Of a stretch of DNA of 64,000 bases, positions 40,230-56,075 are shown in pieces. The position numbers and the translations under genes are program-made. Under the pieces are notes generated by a model, which saw only the letters and a list, made by a program, of their open reading frames with translations, had not been told where the DNA came from and made no database searches. Within the stretch, counting starts at the first letter, position 1, and each line of letters starts with the position of its first letter. The stretch is taken from assembly GCF_009914755.1 (NCBI RefSeq), contig NC_060925.1; one strand, written 5' to 3'. Source of the DNA: the human T2T-CHM13v2.0 reference genome, Homo sapiens.

Positions 40230-43170
40230 TTTGTTAATTTATGAAAGGTTACTGAGTACCTATTGTGTGCCTGGCACTTTGTTAGGAAGTGGGGTTAAAG
40301 TGGCAAATAAGATGGAAATTGTTCATCCTCTCATGGTACCTATAATATGTTGGGGGACATACCAGATAAGAGCTGTGATAGAGGAAGCACAGGGGGATAC
40401 ATAGGTGGGCTACTTGACTCAGTCTTGAAGGGTTAGGAAAGGTTTCCTTGGAGAAGCAGGTTTGTTTTGACTTGAATGATGAGGAGAGATTAGCCGTATG
40501 AGCAGAGAGGGAAAAGTGCTTGAGACAAAGGGAATAAAAGTTTTTTGGAGGAGAGAAGAGTAAGCAGCTTGTCAGTTCTGGAGGTTGGGCTGTGAGGTAG
40601 GTAGTAGTGAGAGATGAACTGGGGAGCTAAGCAGGAGGACAGATAATGAAAGGCTTTCTTGGCAAACCATGTTAAGGAATTTGAACTTTATCCCCAGGGC
40701 AGTGGAGAGCTATTTCAGTGTTGTAAGCACTTTTTATTATTATTGAAAAATCTTTTATTATAGAAATTTAAAAAAATAAATCTATTTTATTTATTCATTT
40801 ATTTTGATAAGACTGGTTAATTTTGTATTTTTGGTAGAGACGGGGTTTCACCATGTTGCTGAGGCTGGCCTCGAACTTCAGGGCTCAAGCATTCACTTGC
40901 CTCGGCCTCCCAGAATGTTAGGATTACAGGCGTGAGCCCCTGTGCCCAGCCTATTATAGAAAATTTTTAACATTCATAAAACTAAAGAGGACGGTAAAAT
41001 GAATTCATTTCATCCAGCTTATACAAGTATCAACATATGGCCAGTCTTGTTTTATTAGTACTCCCATTAACTCCTTCCTCCTCTATTGAATTATTTTTAG
41101 AGCAGATCCCAGATTATTATTTCTTGTGAATATTTCAGTATGTGGCCAGGCATGGTGGCTCACGCCTGTAATCCCAGCACCTTGGGAGGCCGAGGCGGGG
41201 AGATCACCTGAGGTCAGGAATTCAAGACTAGCCTGGCCAACACTATCTCTGCTAAAAATACAAAAATTTGCCCTGCTGTGGCCAGCGCCAGTAATCCCAG
41301 CTACTTGGGAGGCCAAGAATTCAGCCTCTCCCTTCAAGGAGAATCACTTGAACCAGGAAGTGGAGTTTGCAGTGAGCCGAGATGGTCCCACTGCACTCCA
41401 GCCTGGGCGACAAAGCAAGACTCCGTCTCAAAAAAAAAAAAAAAAGAAAGTTAAGGTCCCTCTATTTTCAAAAGAATGTTATCAAAACACTTTTATTACA
41501 GCTAAATAGTAGTATTTATTAATATCAAATATCCAGTCTGTTCAATTTCCTAGAATGTCGCAAACATTTCTTCCTTACCAGTTGGTTTGAGTCAGAATTC
41601 CAAACAAGATCTGCATATAAAATTATAGAGTCTCTTTTAATCTCTAGTTCTCCCTCTCTTTTTCTTGGCCATTTATTTGTCTAAGACACCAGGTCATTTA
41701 CTCTGTAGAATTTTCTGCATTTTGGATTTTGTTGGAAGCATCATTTTGGTATGTTTAAACAGGTTCCTTTGTCCTCTGTATTTCCTATATAAATTGATAA
41801 TTTGAGCTGAAAGCTTAATCAAATTTATTTTTTTTCTTTTGGGCAAGAATATAGGTGGAACCTATCAAATCAAGAGGCATATGATGTTAGCTTGTCTCTC
41901 TATGATGTTAAAATTGATCAGTAGGTTCAGGTGAAATGTGTGTTTTTTTTTTTATTTTAAAGAATATGGTTGCGGAGAAGTAATCAGGAGGTTGCTTTTG
42001 ATGGGATTTAGTGATTGGATGTGAGTGAAAGGGGAAGAGTCTGAAGACATCCAGGTTTTCAGCTTGAGCTGGTTGAATGATAAAAAGGAAGATAGGAAGA
42101 ACAGGTTGGGGGAGAGAAGTGGTTGCTTTGGGGCATGTTGAAATTGACATAAAGATGTGTTACAGTCTGGAGCTTGGGACAAAAATCTGGGCTGCATATC
42201 CTCTTATCAGTCAGTAAAACATAAAATAAATCTGGGCTGCAGATAAATATTAGTTTTTCATATATGGAGAGTTGAGAGAGTGAGTAGAATAGAGATCTTT
42301 GGATAGGACTCTGGAAAATACCACTGGATTTAGTTATCTATTGCGTTATGACAGATTACTCCAAAATGTAGCAATTTAAAACAACAGTTTGTTACCTCAT
42401 AGTTTTCGTGGGTCAGAACTTTGAGTTCTGGCTCAGGGTCTCTTATGAAGTTGTAGTCAATATATTAGCCAGTGCTGCAGTCATCTGAAAGGCTTGACTG
42501 GAGCAGGAAGATCAGCTTCCACGATGACTCACATGGCTGTTGTCAGAAAGTGGCAGTTCCTTGCTGGCTGTTGGAAGGTGGCCTCATTCCTCACCAGGTA
42601 GCCTCTCCATTGAGCTGCTTAAGTGTCATCATGACAGAGCAGCTGGCTGTGATCCAAGTGAGAGCAAAGAGGAAGCCTCAATCCCTTTTATGACCTAGTC
42701 AGAGACCACCACTTCTGCCTTATTCTGTTCATTAGAGACAAGCCATTAAATTCCACTCATGCTCCTGGGGATGGGAATTTCAGACATGAGGAGGGAAATT
42801 AGGCTTTATCTTTTGAAAAGAATTTGTGGACAAATTTTAAACCACCACAATCACAATTTAAGGGATTGGCAGAGGAAAAAAGCTTGCACAGGAGAGTGAA
42901 AAGGGATGCCAGAGATGTAAGAGAAAAACTAGAAGAATGTGGCAGTCATGGATGGCAAGGTGGAAGTAGTAAATTGGCTTGAATACTGCTGAAAGGATTA
43001 AATAGATGAGATCTAAAGCATATCCATTGGATTGATGAACATCATTGATGTTCTTAGGCAGAGCAGTTTCCATGGAGTGGTAGGTATGGAATGCAGGTTG
43101 GAGTGGCTTGAAGAGTAAAGAGGAGGCAGGAAATATATGAAGCGAATGGAGGTTATTCAAGATGTTTCAT
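40230..43170 (-). mobile_element. L2 remnant broken up by an L1ME fragment (about 40960-41935), Alus (40790-40951, 41143-41447) and an MLT1F/G-type LTR (about 42326-42849)
   Basis: L2 motifs (ttactgagtacctattgtgtgcctggcac; gagcagtttccatggagtgg); MLT1 motifs (ttagttatctattgc; tttaaaccaccaca). Confidence 0.65.
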
Positions 43171-43849
43171 TGTAGAAAGGGCAAAGAGGACATGGAATGT
43201 GGAATGGAGGGGAACAGTTTCTAAAATAGGAATATGCTTAAATGGTGTAGGGATGGGAAGCAAGGTCAATGTTAAAAATGAGGATACAGTCAGGACGCAA
43301 GGAGTATAGTAAAGATTTAGGACAATGACAGTGGGAACTGGAAAAAGGAATAGCTAAGGAATAGCTAAATATGATTTGTTTAGTCATTACCCACAAATGT
43401 TTAACCCTCTTTCTTGATTTGTATTGCTTTTGGAGAGAGGGTTAGAAACTGAATTAGTAAGTTACCTGGGCTACTCAAGATATTCCTTGTAAAAGGAGTC
43501 GTTAGAGAAATCATATGTTCTTTGCTGTTACACACTGTCTGGAAGAGACTTGTAATGACTTTGCATTTTAAAACCACTGCTAGTCAAAACACATTTAAGT
43601 GTTATTTGGCAGTCTTTAGCAATGTTTAGTAGATGATAAAAAAATCTACCATCTAATTATTAGATTTTAGATTTTTGAATAGCTTAAATGTATATATTTC
43701 TCTTGCAAACATGTAAAAGTAGTCTCAGATTCTCCTGGAAAGGTATCAGCACCACTCCCATCAAACATTTAAAAGCAAATTTATTCTTTTCTAAGTAAAC
43801 CATTCTTGAATATATCAAATATGATTTTTATTGAGCTTATATATGGTAC

Positions 43850-44610
<761 letters not shown>

Positions 44611-45442
44611 TTATTTGGAAATTTTTTATCTTTTACTTTCCTTGAATACTTTAGACAGTCTTGATTTTTCCCTTTTCTAAAACTCCTGAGCCTAGCTCAT
44701 ATACTTCTTTTGGGCATTAATCATCTTACATCTGCTACAATTAACTAAATGTATCTCTAGTACATTCTTTATCTGTACAGCAAGCTTGTAAACTCCATGA
44801 TGGCAGTACTGAACATCATAATAATCTTCAAGCCTGACAATGAGGCATATTATTCTCCTTGTGAATAGAATATGAATGGCCCTTCTAATTCGAATTATAG
44901 GTGAGTGAGGCAGAAGGCTGTTTGGAATTCTTGTTTACACAGCCTTGTAAGTTTTACAGAATATACTAATAGCAAATATGTATGTTTCCACAGTTTATGT
45001 AAAACCTGATTGGGTTTATATTAACAACAGAGGTTTTTTGTTTAGTCATCCAGAGCCTGTGGAACTGTGTGCCATCTTTGCTTCCTGTGTTGTAGCAGAC
45101 AAGCAGTCAATTCTTGCTTCTGTTGCAAGCAGTTTTCTTGATGGTGATAATTTGTAGAAAGATGTAGAGTTGTTCTTAAATATGCCACTCCAAAAGTGGC
45201 AATTGTATGATTAGATTTTCTTTTTTTAAAATGTAATTTAATTTATTTTAAACTAATCTAGACCATGCCAGTTGGAAGGATTAGATTTTCAAATAGGTAA
45301 TCCCGATCAAAACTAGAACAGTGTACAAGTGATTTAGATTAAGGATTGAATTTCTTTTACTGTTTATAGAGAAATACAGACAAAGAAATGGCCACCCCAA
45401 TCAATTGTTTCCTTCTCATTTATTTAATTGTAAAGGATTATC

Positions 45443-47580
45443 TTCTTCTTCTTTTTTTTTTTTTAATGGGGTACTGCTCTGTCATCCAGGCTGGAGTGCA
45501 GTGGCATGATTTTGGCTCACCGCAACGTCCAGCACCAAGACTCAAAATCCTCCCACCTCACCTCAGCCTCCTGAGTAGCTGGGACCATAGGCATGCGCCA
45601 CCACACTGGCTAACTTTTTGTATTTTTGGTAGAGATGGGGTTTCACCATGTTGGCCAGGCTGGTCTCAAACTCCTGAGCTTAAGCAATCCACCCTCCTCG
45701 GCCTCCCAAAGTGCTGTGATTATAATTGTGAGCCACTGCATTCAGCCCAGGATTATTTTAAAAATGGAATTTACTTGCAGAAGTTAAGTTTACATGTTAC
45801 ATGGGATGATATAAATGGAATTATATTCAAGGAAAGTATTTCCAGGTATTCATAATTAATTTTTTTCTATTCACATGACAATGTTAAAATTATTGTAAAA
45901 GTTGATTGTCTATTTCTTGGAGTTTTGTTCCATTGAGGCCCCATGATAAGATTGTCTACTTATTTCTTGTATTTTATCTTAGTATTGTTATGGCACAGCT
46001 GGGTGAAAATACACTGGATAAAAATGTGATCTGTCGTTCTGGCAGCTATCTTTTGTCTCTCAATCCTCTTCTTTCCTCCATCACTCATAGGAGATGCCAT
46101 GCTTACCAGAGACAATAGTCCATTTGGTGGGAACACTCTCAACTCCTTGTTCTCCCACCTATTTTGATATATCTATTTTCCTCTTTATACTTGCTTTTAC
46201 CTTTCCCTATCATAGAAGAGGTAATCCTGTGTTCTGGATTCCATTTGCTCACAAACTTTTCGGGGATCTCAGTCTATAGATTTTCTCCTCTATCTGCTTT
46301 CTCTCCTCTCTCTATTTAACTTCTTCCTCACTACAGATTTTTCTTATTTAAGAATATTATTATTATTATTATGCAGTATAACAAACAGTTGTAATCATTT
46401 TATACAGACATTTTTAGATAGCCTGTTGCTTTTTATTCTTTTTTTTCCCCCTTACAACCAGATCTCACTCTGTCACCCAGGCTGGAGTACAGTGTGCTAT
46501 CACAGCTCACTGCAGCCTCGACCTCCCAGGCTTAAGCAATCCTCCTGCCTCAGTCTTCTGAGTAGTTGGGATTGCAGGCATGTGCCACCACACGAGCTAA
46601 TTTTTGTTTTGCTTTTTTTTTTTGGTAGAGTTAGGGTCCCACTGTGTTGCCCAGGCTAGTCTTGAACTCCTGGACTCAAGTGATACTCCCGCTTTGGCCT
46701 TCCAAAGTGCTGGGATTACAAGTGTGAGCCATGACACCTGGCCATCTTTAATTTTGATGATGTCCAGTTTATTTGTTCTTCTGCTGCTGCTTATGCTTTT
46801 GGTGTCGTATCTGAGAAATCATTGCTTAATCTAAAGTCACAAAGTTTCATATCTATGTTTACTTCTAAGAGTTGTTTATTTTAGCTATAATGGGTAGGTC
46901 TGATCCATTTTTGTTGTTGGTCATGGTTTTTTTGTTTGTTTATTTTGAGACAAGGTCTTTCTCTGTTGTCCATCCTGGAGTGCAGTGGCACAATCATAGC
47001 TTATAGCAGCCTCAAACTCCCAGGCCAAGTGATCCTACCACCTCAGCCTCCTGAGTAGCTGGGACTACAGGCTTGTGCCACCATGTGGGCTACTTTTTTT
47101 ATTTGTAGAGGATGGGGTCTTGCCATGTTGCTCACACTGTTCTCCAGCTCCTGGGCTGAAATGATCCTTCTGTCTCAGCCTCCCAAAGTACTGGGATTAT
47201 ATGTGTGAGCCACTGCACCTGGCTAGTTTTTTTTTTTAATATGGAATGAGGTAAGGGTCCACCTTTATTCTTTTGCATGTGGATATCCAGTTGTCCGAGC
47301 ATCATCTGTTGGAAAGACTTCTTTCTCCATTGAATTGTTTTGGCATTCTTGTTGGCAGTTAACTAACCATAAATGTGAAGATTTGTATTTAGACTGTCAG
47401 TTCTATTCCATTGACTTATTTGTCTGTACTTACGCCTGTACTATACTGTCTCAATTACTGTAGCTTTGTAGTAAGTTCTGAAATTGGGAAATGTAAATCT
47501 TCTAACTTTCTTTGTTCTTTTTCAAGATAGTTTTGGCTATTCTGGATCCTTTGAATTTACATATGAATTTTAGGATGGAC
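45443..47580 (-). mobile_element. Antisense AluJs (45443-45748, 46440-46743, 46925-47223) and an antisense L1 ORF2-region fragment (about 46750-47580)
   Basis: L1 motifs ttttgcatgtggatatccagttgtcc.agcatcat.tgttggaaagact and ctgtagctttgtagtaagt. Confidence 0.8.
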
Positions 47581-48356
47581 TGACTTTTTCATTAATGTAT
47601 TAACATGTTCATCTCTCCTACTTTGAAAAATGTCTCTCCTAATTCTGTTTTTTTTTTGAAAATATCATCCTAACCTGTCTTCCTCAATATACATTTGTGT
47701 ATTGAAATGCCTGTCTCTGTTAGTCCATCTTGCATTTACTCGACAGCACTCTTTTTTACCTCCACATTTCACTGAAAATTCCAGCAGAGGTCCCCAGTGA
47801 TAGCTTTGTTGCTAAACCCAATGGGTGCTTTTTTCGCTCTTAATCTTAGCACTGTCTCCATAGCATTTGATGACACTGGTTACTCTTTTACAGCTTTAAA
47901 AATTGTTTTACTGTTCTTGAAGAGATGACATTGTACTCTTAATTATTTTTCTACCACTGTACTAATGAAGGCCTACTCTCAATTTTTTTTTTTTTTTGGA
48001 AAGGACTATTGCAGTATTACTCTAAATTTTTAAAAGAAGAGTCAAACTATAGTGAAAGGTCTATACAGTAGAAGGAAGAAAAGTCACACCTGAAATCCTA
48101 CTTATCTGTGTTTTGGAGAATAGCTTTCCTAACAACTCTTTATGCACAAATACACATCTGTGTACTTTATATAAATGGAATCATTTTATACATGATATTC
48201 TACAACCTAAAAGCATTTTAAGATTTTTCTGTGTAAGTTATTGTACCATTTTGTATTGTATTTCTTCAAGAGGCAAATGAACAAAAGATAACATTTTTTC
48301 TTCATCTTTATTTAATAAGATCTCAGTCATCTGGCTTTGGGAAGTTAAAATTCCTA

Positions 48357-48902
<546 letters not shown>

Positions 48903-49484
48903 TAGCTTAACACTCTCTATTCACTTGAGCTTTTCTTCTGTTCCTTTGAAGTTCTTCAAACTTGTTCTTGCCTCAGGGCCTCTGAATGTTTTCTGTCTTG
49001 GACAGGTCTAGCATGGTTGATTACTTCTTATACAGGTTTTCATTCATATGTCACTGCTCAGAGAAGCCTTTCTATAACAAACCATCTAAAGTAGGCCTCT
49101 CACCCTCAGTTGCTATCATAATCATCTCGTTTGATTTTTCATGGCATATATTGTTATTGCTTTATTTTGTTTCTCTTGCTTATTGTCTGTTTCTGTCTTG
49201 TATGAATAGAATGTAAGTTCCATTAGAACAGAGACTTTATTTATCTTCATCATTTTATCTCCAGCATCTAGAGCAGTGCCTGGCACTTAGTGGCTTTTCA
49301 GTAAATATAGTCATGGGTCGCTTAACAATGGGGCAGGAGTGTGGGGAGATATCTTCTGAGAAATTTGTTAGGTGATTTTATCATTGTGTGGATGTCATAA
49401 AGTGGGCTTACACAAACTTAGATCATATAGTTTACTACATACCTAGTCCATGTGGTAGGCTGCCACCCTGTACAGTGTGAAACT

Positions 49485-50341
<857 letters not shown>

Positions 50342-50878
50342 TTACTGTACTGAATACTGTAGGCAATTGTAATATAATGGTAAATATTTGTGTATCTAAA
50401 TGTATCTAAGCATAGAAAAGATACAATAAAAATAGGTATAAAAGATAAAAAATGGTACACCTGTATAGGGCACTTACCATGAATGAAGCTTGCAGGACTG
50501 GAAGTTGTTCTGATGAGTCAAAGAGTGAGTGGTGAGTGAATGTGAAGGCCGGGGACATTACCATACACTACCATAGACTTTATAAACACTGTACATTTAG
50601 GTAACGCTAAACTTACAAAAAAAATTTCTTTCTTCAATAAATTAACCTTAGCTTACTGTAGTGCTTTACTTGATAAACTTTTAATTTTTTTAAAACACCT
50701 TTAATTTTTGTTTTAACTTTTTGACTCCTTCGTATTGACACTTGGGTTTAAAACACAAGCACATTGTACAGCTGTACAAAAGTATTTTCTTTCTTTATAT
50801 GCTTATTCTATAAGCTCTTTTCTATTTATAAGTTTTCTTATTTTATGTTTTTTATTTTAAGCTTTTTCTTGTTAAAAA

Positions 50879-51815
50879 TACAACTGCCCAATGGGTTCTT
50901 TCTGCCCACTGCGCAAAGAAAATCAGTTTGTGGAGACCATGGCATTACAGTAAAGAAAGTTTGACACGAGGCTGGCCTCACTCTGAGGTTAGGGATTTTT
51001 CAAAGATAGTTTGGTGTGCTGGGGCCTACAGTATGGGGAGTGCTGATTGGTTGGGTTGGAGCTGTCCTCTTGTGCTGAGTTGCTTCTAGGTGAGGCCACA
51101 GGAGCAGCTGGCATGTCCATGTGGGAGCCATCAGTTGTCAGACATGCAAAAAACTTGAAAAGATATCTCAAAAAGGCCAATCTGGCTGGGCATGGTGGTG
51201 CATGCCTGTAATCTCAGCGCTTTGGGAAGTAGCAGCAGGAGGATCATTGAGCCCAGGAGTTTGAGACCATCCTGGGCAACATAGTGAGACCCCATCTCTA
51301 CAAAAAACTAAAAAAATTAGCCAAGCATGGTGGAGTGTACCTGTGGCCCCAGCTACTTGGAGGCTGAGGCAGGAAGATCGCTTGAGCCCAACAGGTCGAG
51401 GGTACAGTGAGCTATGATCATGCCACTGCATTCCAGCCTAGGCAACAGAGCAAGACCCTGTCTCAAAAAGAAAAAAAAAAGACCAACCTTAGGTTCTTCA
51501 ATAGTGATGTTATCTGCAGAAGTAATTGTGACGTCCAGAATAATGGCTGACAATCATTTATGTCTATGCCTTAGCAGGATTCAGGCTCCTCTAATCTCCT
51601 AGCCTGGTGGTCTCTCTCATTAGATTTACAAAGGCAGTTGAGTTTTGGGGAAGGATTATTATCATTTAAACTATAAATGTCTCCCAAAGTTAGCTTGGCT
51701 TAAGCCTAGAAATAATTGCAGCTTGAAAGCTAAAGGCAAGGGGGCATTGGCTAGATCAGGTCTCCCCAACTGCCATAATTTTCTCACTGATAGAATTTTT
51801 GCAAAGGTGGCTTCA
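50879..51815 (-). mobile_element. LTR8/LTR26-group ERV1 solo LTR containing an AluJ (+, 51184-51480)
   Basis: The minus strand begins tgaagccacctttgcaaaaatt.tatcagtgagaaaattatggcagt. Confidence 0.7.
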
Positions 51816-52868
51816 AAAAGTAAGATACAAAAACATTAGCAGAGGTCTACATAGGCTCAGTATCATCAGTATCACTGTCTTCCACCTGTACATCTTGTCC
51901 CACTGGAAGGTCTTTAGGGCAATAACTCACATGGAGCTGTCATCTCCTATGATAACAATGCTTTCTTCTGGAATCCCTACTGAAGGACCTACCTGAGGCT
52001 GTTTTACAGTTAACTTTTAAATATATCTATATATACACGTATATATAAATAGAAGGCATATACTCTAAAATAACAATAAAATACAGTATAGTAAATATAT
52101 AAGGTAATGTACTTATTATCAAGTATTATGTACTGTACATAATTGTATGTGCTATATTTTATACGTCTGGCAGCACAGTAGGTTTGTTTATAACAGCATT
52201 GCCACAAACATGAGTACAGCATCATTAGGCAATAAGAAATTTTCAGCTCCATTATAATCTTACAAACAGTTCTGTGAAGTAATTGGTATTATTTCCTTTG
52301 AACAGTGAAGACATTGAAATTTAAGAGGATCCCATAGTAGTTTCTATGTGGGTGATCAAGGTCTAACTTCAAATAGAATGTTCTTTCTGGGATACACTAG
52401 ATTAATAGTGATTAGAATGATGATAAACCTGTTATCACTAGTTTGCTGGCAGATGATAAATAATTTACATCATTATCACAATTAAATAAACTTTCTGCAG
52501 AGGCCTTTGTAAATTACAGTGATCTATTATAATGCTAGGTTAAGCAAAGACTCTTCCTCTTACCTCAATGGAAAGCCTGCGATGGGGGGAGAAGTGGCGG
52601 GGACCAGATACTAAAGTCTCAGAATTTGTGAGTGATGGGTTTTTTATGTTTACATGGCATAAGTATAGAAAGGCAGTGGCAAATTATCAAAGAAGATAGG
52701 GTCTACCTTGGAATTTTATCACCTGAAAGAGGAGTAAGTTTAAATTTCTGACAGGCAACATCCTCTGTGACTAGTTAAAATGAAAGTCATTTTAACTCTT
52801 CTGCCTTCATTTCTTTTTGGAAACCCATGTATTTTGAAGTAAAGTTAGACTTGATTAAAAAAAAATGA

Positions 52869-53827
<959 letters not shown>

Positions 53828-54372
53828 TGTAAGCCGCCTTACCTGGCTTGGAAATAATTATTAACAGTTTTTCATTGCAAACATTTTTCCTGAGCCCCAA
53901 CCTCCAGATTTGAACAAGGAGCTTTTGGAGCATAGCCCCATTCTAAATTGGAGTCTATAGGATGAGACTTGGAATTAGGACTAAGCATCTGAAATTTCAT
54001 GGGTCTAGCTGTTGTTCTTGCTAACCACATTTTTGTGTGTTGCACAAATTTTTCTATCTTCTATACATTTTTGTAGTGTTCTTCTTGTTCCCTTTTTATA
54101 ATCTTGTTATTCTGGGCCCTCTATTAGTCTTTGCTAAATAGGGAAAAAGGTCCTTGGGCAATTTTTGGTAGAGGAGTGAACTTGAATGTTAATAATGGAT
54201 TGTCATTTCACAGTTTGGTGGGAGAAGTACTGATGGTGGAGGAGCATAAAACAGAGTTTAACACTCCCTCATTATTTCCTTTAATCAACTCTGTGAATAA
54301 ACACAAGTCAATATTTAGTATTTTGGGTGGTATGTGAAAAACAAAACAAAAATAGAAAATCTGTGTCGAGGT

Positions 54373-55483
54373 TGTAGGGAAGTTGAAACTTTCCCTCTGA
54401 AGGTTTGAATCCAAGTCGGCTGAAATGAGTTGACAGTCGCCAGATTAACAGGAGAAAAGGTATACAAATTTATTCACGTGCATAAGCATGGGAGCCATAC
54501 AAAATATGAGACTCAAAGAAAGGCCAACTGAAGTTTTATACCATGCAGAAAGGAATAGAGGGTTAAGGGTATCCTGGGGTTGTGGGGAAGGGGTTGCTGC
54601 AGTGTATGAGAGTGAGAGGAGGAAACATGGTGTATTAGTCTGTTCTCACGCCGCTGACAGAGCCATACCTGAGACTGGGTAATCTATAAAGAAAAAGAGG
54701 TTTAATGGACTCTCAGTTCCACATGGCTGGGGTGGCCTCACAATCGTGGTAGAAGGCGAAAAGCATGTCTTACGCTGGGGCAGGCAAAGAGAGAATAAGA
54801 ACCAAGGGAAGAGGGAAACCGCTGAAAACCATCATATCTCATGAGACTTTTTCACTACCACAAGAAACAGTATGGGGGAAACTGGCCCTATGATTCAATT
54901 ATCTCTCACCAGGTCCCTCCTACAACATGTGGGAATTACGGGAGCTACAATTCAAGATGAGATTTGGGTGGAGACACAGGCAAACATATCCCATGGCCAG
55001 CAAGGGCTGGGCCGTCTTGTTATGCAGGAGAAATCTCTCAGTAGATCATTTTACCTGTGGGAAAAGTTTCTCTGTCAGACTTCGAAAAGTGTGTCAAGAG
55101 CAGAGTGTGATGGGTCATACCTATAGTCCCAGCCACTGGAGAGGCTGAGTTAGGAAGATCCCTTGAGCCCAGAAGTTTGAGTTCAGCCTGGGCAACATAG
55201 ATAGACCCCATCTGTATTAAAAAAAAAAATGTCAGAACTTTGGTCTCCTTTTCCTGTGAGGTAATCTTCCTAGATTAGATAAGGCAGATAAGGAGGTCTC
55301 AGAAAAAGGTGTTTGCACCTCGCTGTTACTCCACTAATGTAGATTACCTCTGCAGATACAAGTCTCCCCTACCAAAGTACAGCTTTTCAGAGTTATTCTC
55401 GTGTCTGCAGCCCCTCTGAGAATAGCTATCTCAAAATATGCCAAAGAAGTATATTTTGGGGTGGTATATTTTGATTTCCTTCA
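54373..55483 (-). mobile_element. MER34-family ERV1 solo LTR, 4-bp TSD aggt, containing a THE1 LTR and a FLAM (about 55098-55229)
   Basis: TG...CA ends; aggt at 54369-54372 and 55484-55487; minus-strand start tgaaggaaatcaaaatataccaccccaaaatat. Confidence 0.8.
54631..54991 (-). mobile_element. THE1(B-like) MaLR solo LTR, 5-bp TSD catgg
   Basis: tgtattagtctgttctcac ... gagctacaattcaagatgagatttgggtgg; catgg at 54626-54630 and 54992-54996; length 361 bp. Confidence 0.9.
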
Positions 55484-56000
55484 AGGTGCAGCATATATTA
55501 CTAACATGCTATCAGTAGTTTGCAGAACTTGGGCTACTATTTAGTTTTTAATATTTAACTTTATAAGGGATGCAAAAACCCTAAGTCATCATGGCTGTGC
55601 TTAATTGAGCTCCGTGAAAGTGGTTCTCTCCACTCACCTGTTGTCCTGAAATTCTGACTTGAAGATAAAATTATCCTTTTTTAAAAACAGTGAAAAACCT
55701 GAGACTCGACAATGTTATAGGCCACTAGATCAAAGTCCATATGTCCACAATCCTCTGCCTGCAATTTTGAAATCTCTACAGCCCTGAATTAAAAAGATTT
55801 TTCCCCCTAAATTTATGATACGCTCATTTGGAAGTAAAGCCTATCTTGAACTGATGTGTGGCTATTTATAATCTTTATCATGCTTAGTGTAAATATTTGT
55901 TTGTTGTACTATAGATATATTAATATGCTTGGTTGTGGAATTAATATCCTTGGCTACCCTAGACCTCACTGCAGGTGACACAATTTATGTACTGTATGTA

Positions 56001-56031
<31 letters not shown>

Positions 56032-56075
56032 ATCCTTTCTAAAATCAATCCTTCCTTCCTTCCTCTCTCTCTCTT

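Noticed and set aside
42197-42215. Resemblance of the 31-nt insert to U2 nt 37-52 (tcttatcagt)
   Set aside because: Only about 10 contiguous matching bases; not significant
43347-43369. ggaatagctaa tandem duplicate
   Set aside because: Ordinary short tandem duplication
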